Below the pieces are notes generated by a model that did no database searches, was not told the origin of the DNA, and was given only the letters and a program-made list of their open reading frames with translations. The translations under genes and the position numbers were made by a program. A DNA stretch of 64,000 nucleotides from Phallusia mammillata (taxonomy: Eukaryota): contig OZ281495.1 of assembly GCA_965637545.1 (NCBI GenBank), positions 28,396,001-28,460,000 on the forward strand, written 5' to 3'. Of the stretch, positions 39,167 through 52,700 are shown piece after piece. Each line of letters starts with the position of its first letter. The stretch's first letter is position 1.

Positions 39167-41835
39167 TGCGTACTTGTCCAACTTGGTGCGACAAAGTAAA
39201 AGCATAGAGCCAATAAATGATAAGCTGCAGACAGTGCACACTGATTTGGTGCGACAAAGATTTGCGAAAACTTAACAATGCAGTTTTTCGTTACAAGGTA
39301 TATACAACCAGATTAGTTTCATTTTATCTAAGGGCGCTAGTTACCTGAAAAAAATCACTTTAACTAACATACAAAATGTTCAGCTTGTACAACAACTCTT
39401 ATTAGATTTATTAGTAAGATAAATTTGCAGATTAACCTAACAGCTTTCTAGCGTTGTAAAATCCTTCACATGTAAGCAACCCAATTTCTGCTATCGTGCT
39501 AAAAGCCCAGAACATGCGACTGCAATATTTCGTTTTTTTTACTGTTAAAACTCTGTATTTGTTGTAAACTTTTTTGTTACTCGCTCTTTATTCAGCACAC
39601 GTAACACAAATTGCCATTCGGGACTAGTGATAGAATAATTTAATTCAGTTTAGGAGGATCAGAAATTTGCTGGTTTCCAAATTTATGGATTGCTGAGTAA
39701 ACAACATGATAGGTTTACAGGACAAAAGGATACTTGAATGATCTTTTTTGATTGTGTTTGATGACGAGTGCGTGTTTGCACTCCGAAGAGCAACGACGGT
39801 AAAGTCGTTGAAGACTAACCTAACAGCTGTCTAGCGTTGTAGAACCCTTCACATGCAAACAACCCCAATTCAGCTAGTGCGCCAAGTACAACCACAATGA
39901 AACCAAACTTTCAACTGGACCCGAAACTTTGGTTTCGCTCACTTCGTTGTACTGGTTTGATGGAGCTTATATTGTTGTTACTGCAATATTTCAAAATAAA
40001 CGTTAGGTAACACTATGGTAAACGGTCTTGTTAATAAAATCAGATTGTTAGATCTAAAACGGTAAATGCAGTAAAAGATAACTATAATACACTGAGAAGC
40101 CATCTTTTTCACTTCCTCATTTCTTATCTAATTGAGCAAACAAAAAGATTAATGATGTAAAGAAATGCATTTGCGTTACTCAATGAAGTGCCAGTCTAAA
40201 AATGTTTCATTTTAATCAGGCGCGTACTCAAATGAACCACGCAGCTTGAACGCCTTGGTCTGTTCTAGGGTTTTAGCCGAAATCTACAGTCCTGCAAATA
40301 ACGAAAGATGACTGCATTGAACAAAGAGATTCAGCCTTCCATTTAAACACTTTTAAACTCTCACGTCTCCAACTCTGGAGAGAGCAAATATGCTTGACTA
40401 GACTGTCCGCCTACGTACAATTTCAAGACATTGCAAACAACGGTTTTCCACCTGGGGAATTCCCGACTGATGGCGTTGAAATTGTGCAGTCAACCGTTGC
40501 AGAATTTTCGTGAAGTAAAAGACGCCACTTGCCTCTTCAGCAAAATTGCAACATTTTAAGGGCCTTTTTTACTTTAGTTTCTTGTCTTTCTTTCCTCGCC
40601 TCCATTGGTATGAAATAGCGTATTTGTAAACCCAAGGCTATAGCAGCTGCATCTAAAGTTTTTCGCAAATTATAACTACCTCGCTGTGTGTCTAAACAAA
40701 AGTGTGCCAAAGCTGAAACTCTGTTGTGACTTTGTAAAAAGTAAGATTTTCAAATATATTTTCCTTCCAGATGCCCAGATACACTATCAGGCAACTAGAA
40801 ATACATGCACCTTTCCTTTTTATATTGGAAAACATATAATCGATATTGCCACATTGTGAAAACAGTCAAATAAACGTCTTAGTTGTAAAATGCCTTTCTC
40901 ACTTGTACGCGCAAAACATATTTTATGGTTTTTTTGTTCCTAAGTTTGTAAAAGTATTTCAACTGCAGATATTTTCAACAAACTAGAAAACGTTTCCTTA
41001 CCATACCGTCAGTTTTCAAGATAGCACGTAATATTCATAGTCGGCTACTGCCACCGTCAGAATGCGAGTAAGTTATGGGTGCTCATCGGTAAGTTATGGG
41101 TGCTAATTTAAGCATCCCCTCGCACGCGGTACTGTTTACTATTTTCTCAAAAGCAAAAGAAATATCAACACTTTTACGCCAAGTTCATATTCCTGGTGCG
41201 TAAGACTCAAAACAACTTTATTTAGACTGTCATGTTAATTATATGTACACAGAGCCAGGTATTGTTAAGAACTTTTGCACACTTTCAGCTTGACTCCAGG
41301 CCAAGATCCTTAATATGCTTCGAAGAAGTATTTTTCAGTGAGTTTATTTGCTTGATTAACATAGTATTAATAGCGATAGCATGCTAACTAAGACAGTCAC
41401 TAAACTATTTGTTGAACGTTGTCACAGGGTTGCAAACAAAACAGGAAATTGTAAAACAGAAAATAAAAACTACAACCACATTGCCACAAATCTTGCCAGT
41501 TTTTATTACCGATTTTTTTTAAAATCTTATTGTCGTGAAAATTTCATGTAGTTTTCAGGCAAGTCGATTGTGATTTTTAGCTTAAGTGTGTTTTTAACAT
41601 ATTTTCCGTTGAAATAGTATAAATTCTTAGCAATAAGGCCAAATTCTTTGAAATAAATTGTAAACATAGTATTTTCGCTCAAATTTTTTAACATAGTGTT
41701 GTTACGGTACAAATCAAATCAATCCTTTACATGCATATCTAAATCTAAATGCTTTATAGGTAAAATGTCAGCAACAGAAGTGCTGTAAGTACCACAGGTT
41801 TAGCAATTGTACGTTAAGGGAAATTTTGGACGTGT

Positions 41836-42700
41836 TTACTTGGTCGCCTTTGAAAGCACCCATGAAGCAACGCGGACAAGAATATGCAGTGCTTCAGAAT
41901 AATGATTTTGCCATTTCGATTCTTCGTTCTTTCTGCGAGCCTCTTCTTCTTTACGAGCCTCTTCTTCTTTACGAGCCTCTTCTTCTTCACGAGCCTTTTC
42001 TTCTTCACGAGCTTTTTCTTCTTTAAGAGCCTTTTCCTTTTTACGAGTTTCTTTTTTATCCCTAGATTTTTTACGAGCTTCTTTTTCGCGGGCTTCTTGT
42101 TGTCTCCGAATCTCTTCTTTGCGAATATTCTGTCTTTTCCCTTCCATTTCTCGTTGAAACTCTTGTCCTTTCCTTTTCATGTCTATGTGAAACTCTCTTT
42201 TGTCCTCTTCAATTTCTCTTTGAAACTTCTGTCTTAGCCCTTCCATTTCTCGTTGAAACTCTTTTTTCCCTCTTCCATTTCTCTTTGAAACTCTTGTCCT
42301 TTCCTTTTCATGTCTATGTGAAACTCTCTTTGTCCTCTTCCATTTCTCTTTGAAACTTCTGTCTTTGCTCTTCCATTTCTCGTTGAAACTCTCTTTTGTC
42401 CTTTTCCATGTCACTTTGAAACTTCTGTCTTTGCTCTTCCATTTCTCGTTGAAACTCTCTTTTGTCCTTTTCCATGTCACTTTCAAACTTCTGTCTTTGC
42501 TGTTCCATTTCTCTTTGAAACTTCTGTCTTTTCCATTCCACTTCCGCCTCTCTGCGAGCCTCTTGGTTCACCCGTTCCGCTGAAAATTCTCTCTCGTATC
42601 GTGTTACAGTTTGTTCGTGATAGCAGCATAACAACGCAAACAGTACAATAACTCCAGGCGTGACACATTTCTTCCCGATTTGTCCAAGTCCGATGACCAT
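41836..42700 (-). pseudogene. Single-TM protein with 11/22-residue amphipathic repeats and an EEEARK low-complexity tail (about 288 aa if two 1-nt homopolymer deletions are corrected)
   Basis: ORF 42700-42314 (hydrophobic GVIVLFALLCCY, then QREMEEQRQKF-type repeats) continues into ORF 42486-41836 after single-A losses near 42330 and 42265. 66-nt DNA periodicity at 42361-42490 and 18-nt repeats at about 41935-42020. May be an intact gene with sequencing errors. Confidence 0.6.
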
Positions 42701-44350
42701 CGCGATACAATTTGTTTCCGTAATTTCTGTATTTTTGGAGTCTACCGAGCTTAATACAATTTATTTTAAAATTTGATGCTATTTGCAAAATAATTGAACT
42801 TGTACTTGTATAATGTAAATGATTTCTTGACAACATCTATTTCCTTGTTTAAAAACACAAAAATGGTTTTCCAAGCCCTGTGTTCTGTCAAAGAAATACC
42901 TCAATCAACTACCATTTTAGGCCCAATTGATAGTCCAACTTATCTTTGACTTCGAACCGTTATCAAGGACACCAAATAAACTTTTGAGACAAAGCTCGCC
43001 GGCTAAAAGCTGTCTCCCCAAAACGTCGCAAACGTTTAAAACACGTGCATGCACCCACTTTTAGGCACACATAACTAGGCCAACAGACATACGCCTATTT
43101 TCAGCTTTCTAAAAATGATTTCGGTATTACCTATTCTACAACAATGTTGTCTTCGATATACCCATGAATGTGTCAAAATTGCGCTAGAATCGTTAAACAC
43201 CCGAATGGCAAACCTAACAGGCTTAAACGGCTCGTAAGAGGAACTACAATTACAGGCAAAAAAATCTATGTCCTTGGGCCAAGTCACATGCGATCAACCC
43301 TTTAACGCAACAAAGCAAATCACACAAAGAGATGGGTGAGCTTAAAATTTTCCATTGACGACACGGCACATCGAAAAAAACATCCCGCGTTTGGCCAAGA
43401 ACGCATGGGTTGAGTAATGTGTGACGTCAATTGGCCCTGTGAAGCATTAGTTATCTGTGCGACTAAAACTACGCGATTACCTAATCGTAGGTTACACGTG
43501 CATTGACCTAAGTCAACCCAAAATTGACACCAGATACAAAATACGGTCGTTGAAATAATTTAAGTTATCCGAAATTTTTTAAATCTTCGACGTCAAAAAT
43601 TAAAAAAAAATAAGCCTGTGATTTTCTTCTTTCCTATGAGTTAAATTTGGGGATTTATGTTCTTGCACACAAGCATAATACGCAGCAAAGAAATGATCGT
43701 CAGTGTGGAAATTCCGTTGAAAGTTGAATTGACGATCAATAAGTTATTACAATATAGGCTCCCAATTTCTTCAAGAGAAAGGAATTGGCAACAATGCCTA
43801 CTTTGGGTCGCGAGATTTAACTTATTGGCATGCGCCAAACAACATATTAAAGACTGTTGAAAGAGCTAAAAAAAATTGATACATTATTATGCCTGACAGC
43901 AACAGTTTATTTAGCATTTTCAGATCCCTGTATTAAATCGTAGTTGTTGCGGTTGTCGAATAATTAGTATCTGGTTTTTGTTGTAGTGTATCTGCTTTTT
44001 GTTGTAGTGCTGGGCTTATTTTAAATTATTTTTTGAAAACTACTTTTGTGTGACCATTCATTCCAGTCGAAAAATTTTTTATTGCCTAGGCTTCTTTTCG
44101 TTGTTTTAGCCTAAATTGAAATTATACCGTATGTACTTTTGTAATGTTACAAAAACAGGTTGTGACAAAGAGTTCCTTGTATCTTTGTTTGTTGGATTAG
44201 ATCATACGTTAGTCCAATTACAACTATGCATTTTATTTCTTTATTATCTGTTCTACAGTATGGTTGTGTTCAAAGTCTTTTAGTTGGTTTTCTATTTTAA
44301 AAATTGTTAGCTTTTGACGTTTAGTTGCACAGCTTTAATACCGCATAATG

Positions 44351-44650
44351 CAGGGGTTCCCAACCTTTTTGCGATCTCGTACCACTTGGACGCTCTTTAC
44401 TGCCACGCGTACCATTTCTTGCAGAACATCTAATTTAATCGAATCTTTATTCCGAAGAATAATATTGGCCTACTAAAGTAACACTAAAGCACCACAACTC
44501 AATTGAATTTTTTGTTTCCTGTCAACCAATTGGTCAACAAAACCAGATAAATATATGATAAAGATGTAAATCCAGGTTGTTCTGAAAAACACGAAAGCTA
44601 CTCGCGTACCACCTGAAAAACCTTCGCGTACCACAGGTTGGGAACCCCTG
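44351..44650. mobile_element. Non-autonomous hAT-type MITE (300 bp)
   Basis: TIRs caggggttcccaacc / ggttgggaacccctg; perfect 8-bp TSD gcataatg. Confidence 0.9.
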
Positions 44651-44793
44651 GCATAATGCATGTAGTTGTGTAGTACGGAATTTAAGTGATATAACACGAC
44701 GTATTCATTCAAATTGTAAGTAAGCTTGTTAACTTGCTTAAGCGTACGTAAACAGGATTTGTTTAAAGTGAAGCTTGTTCGAACCAAATATGG

Positions 44794-44952
44794 TTACTGA
44801 ATATTACAATTGTCAGGTCCAATCGCCACTTTAATTTCCACTAGTGTTTTTTTCTTTGGTCTTCTGCCTTTAGCACCTTCAATTTGAAGTTGTACTCGTC
44901 GATAAAGTAACTCATTAAGCCTTTCCGATTCTCTGCAAAGGTCCAGTCTCAT
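44794..44952 (-). pseudogene. Deletion derivative (copy D) of the TM-CaaX microprotein: TM lost, C-terminal 52-aa frame ending CNIQ* retained
   Basis: The orthologous ATG at 44962 gives MEENETGPLQRIGKA*. The next ATG at 44952 gives MRLDLCRESERLNELLYRRVQLQIEG..GPDNCNIQ*, homologous to the C-terminus of copy F. Confidence 0.55.
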
Positions 44953-47049
44953 TTTCTTCCATTGGGTACTTGCATAACTTTCTGCAACAAAGATTTGCAA
45001 AGACTTGTTTTTGCAGTTTGCAGTTTTTAGTTACAAGAGTATAGGCAAACAAATTAGCTTTGTTATTTGCCTAAGGACGTCTGTTCCCTAGAAAAAAGTC
45101 ACTACAAAATGGCAATACAACGTACACAACAACTCTTATTAGAATTTATAGTTAGATAAATTTATAGATTAACCTAACAGCTGTCTAGCGTTGTAGAACC
45201 CTTTACAACCCAATTCAGCATGGTGCTACAAGCACAACGAAACCAAGATTTCAACGTGAACCGAAACTTTGGTTTCGCTCACCTCGTTGTACTGGTTTGA
45301 TGGAGCTTATATTCTTGGTACTGCGATCTTTCGAAATAAGCGTTACGTAACACTCCGGTCGAACAGCTTTTTCATAAAATCCAAATGGTGGAATTAAAGC
45401 GGTAAATACAGTAAAATATAACTTATACACTGAGAAGCGATCCTTTTCACCTCCTCATTTCACATGTACTTAAGCAAACAAAATCAAACCTGTATGCAGA
45501 TAAGGTAAGTGATATAAAGAAAAGCATTTTCGATACTCAATGAAGTGCCAATCTGAAAATGTAGTCTCATTTAAACCAGGCGCGTACTAAAATGAACCAA
45601 ACAGCTTTAACGCCTTGGTTTGTTCTAGGGTTTTAGTTGAAAACTACAGCCCTGCGAATACTGAAGGTGACTGCTTTGAACAGACGGATTCAGTCTTCGA
45701 CTTGAAGCAGTGGTTCTCTTTTTTATTGTCGGGGCCAAAAGGTATTTTTTAAGCGTGTAGAGCAAATAAGCGTGACTAGACTGTCCGCCTACGTACAATT
45801 TCCAGACATATTTGAACCGAAACAACGGTTTTCCATCTGGTGATTTCCCGACCGATAGCACTGAAATTGTGCAGTCAGCCGTTGCTGGATTTATGTGAAG
45901 TAAAAGGTGCCACTTGTCTCTTCAGTGAGATTGCAACATTTTAGGGACCTTTTCTCCTTACGTTTTTGTTTTTATTTCCTCGCTTGCATTGGTATTAACT
46001 AACATTTTTGTAAGCCTAGGGCCATAGAATCTACATTCCATATTTTTCATTTTGATGTATTAATGACATTGTCGATACGAGCCTCAAAATAAATCGCTGC
46101 CCAAACAATGAACGAAAAAGTTTACTAAACTTACCTCAAACCTATAAGCACAGCCCATCAAATGTCGAACCAATTTATAACTACATACCAGTGTGTCGAA
46201 AGTAAGCCAAAACTGAAACCATATTGATTGGAAATTTTGTACACAGCCAACAGCAAAACAAAATAGCAGCGCATTCCCGGCCAACCAGTGCAAGTCATGT
46301 AGCCCTTACGACATTGGTTCTCAACTCGTTTCAGGTCATGGACCACCAGTCCATTCAATAAAATTGTAAATATAGATAAAATAGCATCCACCAAAAGCAT
46401 GTTGTCTTGAAATATTTTTTTTCAATACATAACTTTATTTTAAGAAGAGATAACAGATAACAACAAATTGCCAATAACTTGAATAAGCTTTTTTCGTACT
46501 GAATATTCAACAAATTATTTGAAACTAGTCTACAATTGAACACAAAATATGTCCTGTGCACCACTCAAAAAGTCACCATGGACCACCAATGCCACAAATA
46601 AAACAAAACAGAAGAAAATAAATGTGGCAGTGCCAATCAGGAAAACAAGTATCCGAAAAAAATTGCGCATGACCAAAATATATGGTTACAGTACAAATAT
46701 TTAAACAACGGATATAAACCGACGTTTTTATTTATTTTTAGTACACGCAAAAACATAAAGGATTTATTCTTTGGATTTATTTACACCAACACACCCACAT
46801 ATATCTGTACATATTGTATGAGCCAAAAGCTAAGCGTAGCCAAAAACCGATTTGGGCGAAGTTGCTGTAGTTACTATTAGTTTGCTACGAAATGAAACAG
46901 TATGTTATGTGCGTATATAAAGCTACTGCACATCGGACCAAATGAATTTGACACGACAAAATAATTTCTAAGCTTTTCGCGTAAAATTATTTTGAGCGAT
47001 ATTTGTTTAATATGAAGCTTGGTCCAAGCAAATATGGTTACTGAATATA

Positions 47050-47316
47050 TCATTCAGGATCTGGTTTCCTAGGATATTCGATTTGAAGTTGCCTGTCCCG
47101 TCTCTTTCGTTCTTTGAGGACTAACTCAGCTTGTCTGATGGTGTGTTGTCGTTCCTGCTCCCGTTCCTTTGGTCCTACCATTATGTTCCACCAGATAATC
47201 CATGCGATTAAAAAACTAACCACAGCCGCGAGACACACAGACAAAGCAAAGTTACTAATTCCGAGGTACATTGGTCCAAATTTAGCATAAATACCATCGT
47301 TTCTATTTTCTTCCAT
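47050..47316 (-). CDS. TM + charged helix microprotein, copy E (88 aa; CaaX lost by an inferred TGC>TGA change)
   Basis: MEENRNDGIYAKFGPMYLGISNFALSVCLAAVVSFLIAWIIWWNIMVGPKEREQERQHTIRQAELVLKERKRRDRQLQIEYPRKPDPE*, followed in frame by TAT ATT CAG TAA (relic of C-N-I-Q-stop). Confidence 0.6.
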   Translation of the reverse strand: MEENRNDGIYAKFGPMYLGISNFALSVCLAAVVSFLIAWIIWWNIMVGPKEREQERQHTIRQAELVLKERKRRDRQLQIEYPRKPDPE

Positions 47317-47555
47317 TGTGTTACTTGCTGCGACAAAGATTTGCAAAAACTTAACAATGCAGTATTCAGTTACAAGAGTATCTTCCAGCAGATTATCTGT
47401 ATTACTTGTCTGAGGGCGTCTGTAAAAGTCCCTTCAAGTAACATAGAAAATGGTGATACAACATTCACAACGACTCTTATTAGAATTATTAGTTAGATAA
47501 ATTTGCAGATTAACCTAACAGCTGTCTAGCGTTGTAGAACCGTTCACATCACAAC

Positions 47556-47921
47556 CAGTGCCGGATTAAGGGTTTGCTGGCCTGTAGGCACATTTTCTAA
47601 GTGGCCCGAAAATCAGGGTTGCCAACTAAAAAATTATAATTATCAGTGTTGCCAAATCATTGTCACAAAGATCATTGTTGCAACTATAACACAAGGTACC
47701 GTGCAAAAACTTTGTCATATGCCTAACTAAATAACAACTTTGCGCGTTTTTGCTGTTGAAAACGCGTCAACTAGTTTTTGGAGGTCAATCAAACAGAGCT
47801 ATTAGGATAAATACTTACTAGTTTAGAAAATAATTATTTTTGAAAACATAACTAAATTTCTACTGATTTTAAAGTGGCCTGGGTTTTTGACTGGCCTGTA
47901 GGCATGGTTAATCCGGCACTG
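47556..47921. mobile_element. Non-autonomous hAT-type MITE (366 bp) inserted in one copy of the duplicated block
   Basis: TIRs cagtgccggattaa / ttaatccggcactg; perfect 8-bp TSD atcacaac; subterminal direct repeat tggcctgtaggca. The empty site (cacatcacaacccaatt) is seen in the 50.8 kb copy. Confidence 0.9.
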
Positions 47922-49346
47922 ATCACAACCCAATTTAGCTATGGTGTTACAAATGCAACGACACCGAAGTTTATACAGAAACCGAAACTTTGGTTTCGCT
48001 CACCTCGTTGTACTGGTTCGATGGAGCTTATATTGTTGTTACTGCAATATTTCGAAACAAACGTTAGGTAACACTGTGGTAAAGTGTCTTAAATCGTAAT
48101 AAAATCGGTTTTCTACAACTAAAACAGTACATACAGTAAAAGATTACTAATACACTGAATAGCCATCTTTTCACTTCCTCATTCCCTATCTACTTAAGCA
48201 AACAAAATCAAACCTGAATGCAGACAAGGTAACTGATGTAAAGAAAAACATTTGCGATTATTAGTCCGCCTACGTACAATTTCCAGACATACTTCAACCG
48301 AAACAACGGTTTTCCATCTGGGAAATTCCCGACCGATGGTGGTGGATTTGTGCAGTCCACCGCTGCTGGATTTACGTCAAGTAAAAGGCGCCACTTGCCA
48401 CTTCAGCGAGATTGCAACAGTTTAGGGACCTTTTCTACTTACGTTTTTGTTTTTATTTCCTCGCTTCCATTGATATTTACTAACGTATTTGTAAACCCAA
48501 GGCTATAGCAGCTAAATCTTAAGTTTTTCTCGTTGATGTATTTCTGACGTTGTCTTTACGAGCCTCAATACGAGTTGTTGACCAAACAATGAATAAAAAA
48601 CTTTGCTTCCTCAAACCTATAAGCATTAAATGTCAAACCAATTTATAACTACCCATCAGTGTTTCGAAAGTATGTCAAAACTGAAACCCTATTGATTTCA
48701 GATTTTGTACACAGCCAAACGCAACGGTATAATAAAATATAATGTTTTTAAGTATATCTTCCTTTCTTTCCAGATCCACAGATGCACTGTCAACTACAAA
48801 ACCTATGCACCGGTGAAAACATTAAACAAAAAATCTGTGCTGTCTGTTAATCCACGTCAATAAGCGTATGTTGAGTAATCTCTAGTACTCTTGATTGGTC
48901 TCTGCTTTCCAAGTTGCCTCTAGCCATAATACTTTCCGCTTGGAGGGTAAACGACTTGTTATCTAATAAACACCAAGGATTTTGGCGGATGAATATAGCT
49001 TTATGCGTTTTAACTGTAATTCAGTTAAGCCAGATTCTTGTTAAATCTATATTTCATTTGCATTGGCTCTATATGCTTTTATATGTTTCATTTCTTTGAT
49101 GAAAAAATTTGTTGAAAAGCGTGCTTGCCATACTGCACTATACATATGGTATGTTTGTTTTTAGAATCGGGATAATTGGAATCATAAGGGAAACACAGAG
49201 ATAATAGAAATCATTTTGGTGTTAAACCACAATAAGCTTGTTTTTGTTGGTCGCAATTCTGGCATAAGTCTGAAGGAATGCTGAGCACTTTTGGAATTTG
49301 GCAAAACAACTGACTGTTTTTTTGGGTTTGAAACATCTGCTTAAGT

Positions 49347-49747
49347 CAGGGGTTCCCAACCTTTTTGCGATCTCGTATACACTTGGACGCTTTGTACTGC
49401 CACGCGTACCACACTAGCCTACTTTAAAGCATAAACTACCTCTTCAAATGTCACTGATGTTGAACATTTTATTCCGATCTACTTTTAGCTTACAACTAGC
49501 ATTATTTAACGCCATTTGTAGCTTAAGCTATAAAACATGAAATCTTTGGAAAGCAATCATTTGACATAATTAATTTAACGCACACTGTCCCTGAGCGTTG
49601 TACGGTTTTTCAAAGCAAATGTGCTTCTTGTTGATTATTGACATGACCTGTATTTTATAAAGTTGTTAATCCAGCTTTTTGTGAAAAACGGAAGCTACTC
49701 GCGTGCCACCTAAAATACCTTCGCGTACCACAGGTTGGGAACCCCTG
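49347..49747. mobile_element. Non-autonomous hAT-type MITE (401 bp), same TIR family as 44351-44650
   Basis: TIRs caggggttcccaacc / ggttgggaacccctg; perfect 8-bp TSD gcttaagt. Confidence 0.9.
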
Positions 49748-52700
49748 GCTTAAGTAGAAGAACGAAATTTCTTTTCATTTTAATTTTATAATCTGTTAAA
49801 AATCTAACACTGTAAAAGGAAAGGAAAACATTTTAGTTTATAACGTTGCACCAGTTAGACGAAACAGTTTACAAAACATGCAAGATGTTGCACCAAACCT
49901 TGTATAGTATGTATGTACCACTCTTTCGGCTACACATAGACAATTTCGTTTCATTCATAAAACCATAGTTTTGTTGCGTTCGTCGGTGCATGTTTCAGCT
50001 TGTACACAAGTTTTCAAATATTCATATAGATTGTCCTAAAAACACAACCAGCCTAACGCGAAAACAACCGACATGCAGAACCTTTAGGATCTTGCCACAC
50101 GTATTCTCTGTTTGCGATTAACAACACTTGTTAAAATATAAAGCCGCGATAAAGACCTTAATTTAGGAACAAAGTTAACATGGAGTGTTAATATTTTGTT
50201 AGAACGTTGTGCAATTCTCCTTGATCTTACCAATGTTTGATTACTTATGGATAAATTAATCAATTACGGAAATGAAATGGAACCTTATTGGTTTATTGAC
50301 TGACCCATGGTGTAGTTTAACATTTTGCGTGATTTGTATTTGGACCAGGTTGATGTTAGATTTGCGCCTTGGTAGAAATCAAATAGTTAGAGTGCATCTT
50401 CAGCTGCAAAAACTTATTTATAAACTGTGAAATTTTTTGCCTACCTTCTCATTTTAACATATGACTGAACACGTTTGCCTGTTTGCGACGTGATATAAAA
50501 AGTGAATGCCAGTAAAACCCCTATATTAACTACATCAGTTGTGTTAACTGAGCTGGGCACTTTAGATTATTTGGACGCAAAATGAGTTATTTTAGACCCA
50601 AAATGTGCAAAGTCAATAACGGCTCACCACAAAAGTCAAAGATACCGGGCATGCACTGGTTTAATTTAGGCCGCGCAACTTTATTAAAACTACAAAATCA
50701 ACAGCGATCAAAGTACGTTACAATTAATTACAATTAGCACTTGGCGACTCTCAGCCAACACTTTGCGTTACCAGATTATCTGTATTACTTGTGTAAGTCA
50801 CTTGAAGATTTACCTAACAGCTGTCTAGCGTTGTAGAACCTTTCACATCACAACCCAATTCAGCTATAGTGCTATAAGCACAGCGAAACCAGGGTTTTAA
50901 CGGAAACCGAAACTTTGGCTTCGCTCACCTCTTTGCACTGGTTTGGTGGAGCTTGTATTCTTGCTACTGCAATATTTCAAAATAAACGTTAGGTAACACC
51001 CAGGTAGAAGGTCTTGTTAATGAAATCCAATCGGTGGAACTAAAGCGGTAAATACAGTAAAAGGTATAACTAATACACCACGAAGCCATCCTTTTCACTT
51101 CCTCATTTCACATCTACTTGAGCAAACAAAATCAAACCTGAATGCAGACAAGGTAACTGATGTAAAGAAAAGCATTTGCGAGTGCCAATTTGAAAATGTA
51201 GTTCCATTTTAACCAGGCGCGCACTAAAATCAACCAAATAGCTTGAACGCCTCGGTTTGTTCTGGGGTTTTACCCTAAATCTACAGTCCTGCAAATAACG
51301 AAAGGTTACTGCTTTGAACAAATATTTATCATGCCTTTTGAAATCATCACATATTTAGCTCTGAGAAAGGCAAATAAGCTTGACTAGACTGTCCGCCTAC
51401 GTACAATTTCCTATGACACGAAACAATGGTTTTCCATCTGGGGAATTCCCGACCGATAGCGTTGAATTTGTGCAGTCAACCGTTGCTGGATTTACGTGAA
51501 GTAAAAGGCGCCGCTTGCCTCTTCAGCGAGATTGCAACATTTTAGGGACCTTTTCTACTTTTAGTTTCTTTTCTTTCTTTCCTCGCCTCCATTGGTATTA
51601 ACTAGCGTATTTGTAGACCGAAGGCTATAGCAGCTGCTTCTTAAGTTTTTCGTGTTGATGTATTTCTGACGTCGTCTTTACGAGCCTCAATACAAATTGT
51701 TGCCCAGACAATGAATAAAAAACTTTGCTAAACTTACCTCAAACCTATAAGCATTAAATGTCAAACCAATTTATAACATTCTCACCACAAACCCAAATTG
51801 CTGAGTCAGCACCATAAACGCCTATGCTCCGTTGCGCCACCTACCAAAAATTCCCAGACCGGGCGCAAGCCAAAGTTCAGTGTTAGTAGCTCTACCATGT
51901 TTGTAAGTCCGGGAAATCTATAAGTAAGATAATTTGGTAAAAATATGCTAAAATACTATGAAAACATTAAACGATAATAAATGTGCTGTCTGTGAAACCA
52001 CGTCAACAAGCGCATATTGCATGTTAAGTAATCTCTACCACTCTTGATTGGTCTCTGCTTTTCAAGCTGCCTGTCGCTATAATACTTCACGTATCTAGGA
52101 GTAAACGACTTGTTACGTAACAAACACAAACTATTTTCGCGAATGAATATACAGGTTTATGTATTTTGACTGTAATTCAGTTAAGCCAGTTTCTTGTTAA
52201 ATGTATGTTTTATTTCAATGGTCGTAAAGTGAGTTAAAAAGCGTGAGTTAGGCAGTTACATCTTTGAGCACCTGACCATTGTCAGTAAGTTTGCTTCATT
52301 GTTTGTTGTAACGTTACAGGTTTAAACAAGTTTTGCGTTTTGTGCATGTAGATGTTTTTTGAATGCATAGTCTGTACATATGAACAGTTGAAAAAAGGTG
52401 AAAAAATTGGGTACATAAAAACATAACGCATTTGTCATTTAAATCCTAACAGTAAATGTGCGGTTGATACAGAACGTTTATTAATTAGGCAGTGTTTTTG
52501 GCAGGACGCTTTTTCTACTGGCAGCTATAGTCAATTTGGCCGCAGAACTTTGTTTCCAAAGTCGGTGCACGCTTTTTTTTTTTTTTTTGTAATTAGGTAA
52601 CATGCTGTTGTGTGGTAACTTGCTTGGTATTTTCCTTTTTATAATCAATCATTTAACGTTGTAAGTTCTGTAAACGCTAATGAATGTATATTGTCCAAAT

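Noticed and set aside
41826-42583. Plus-strand Phe/Leu-rich ORFs (41826-42026, 41884-42237, 42350-42583)
   Set aside because: They are antisense shadows of the purine-rich Glu/Lys/Arg repeat ORF.
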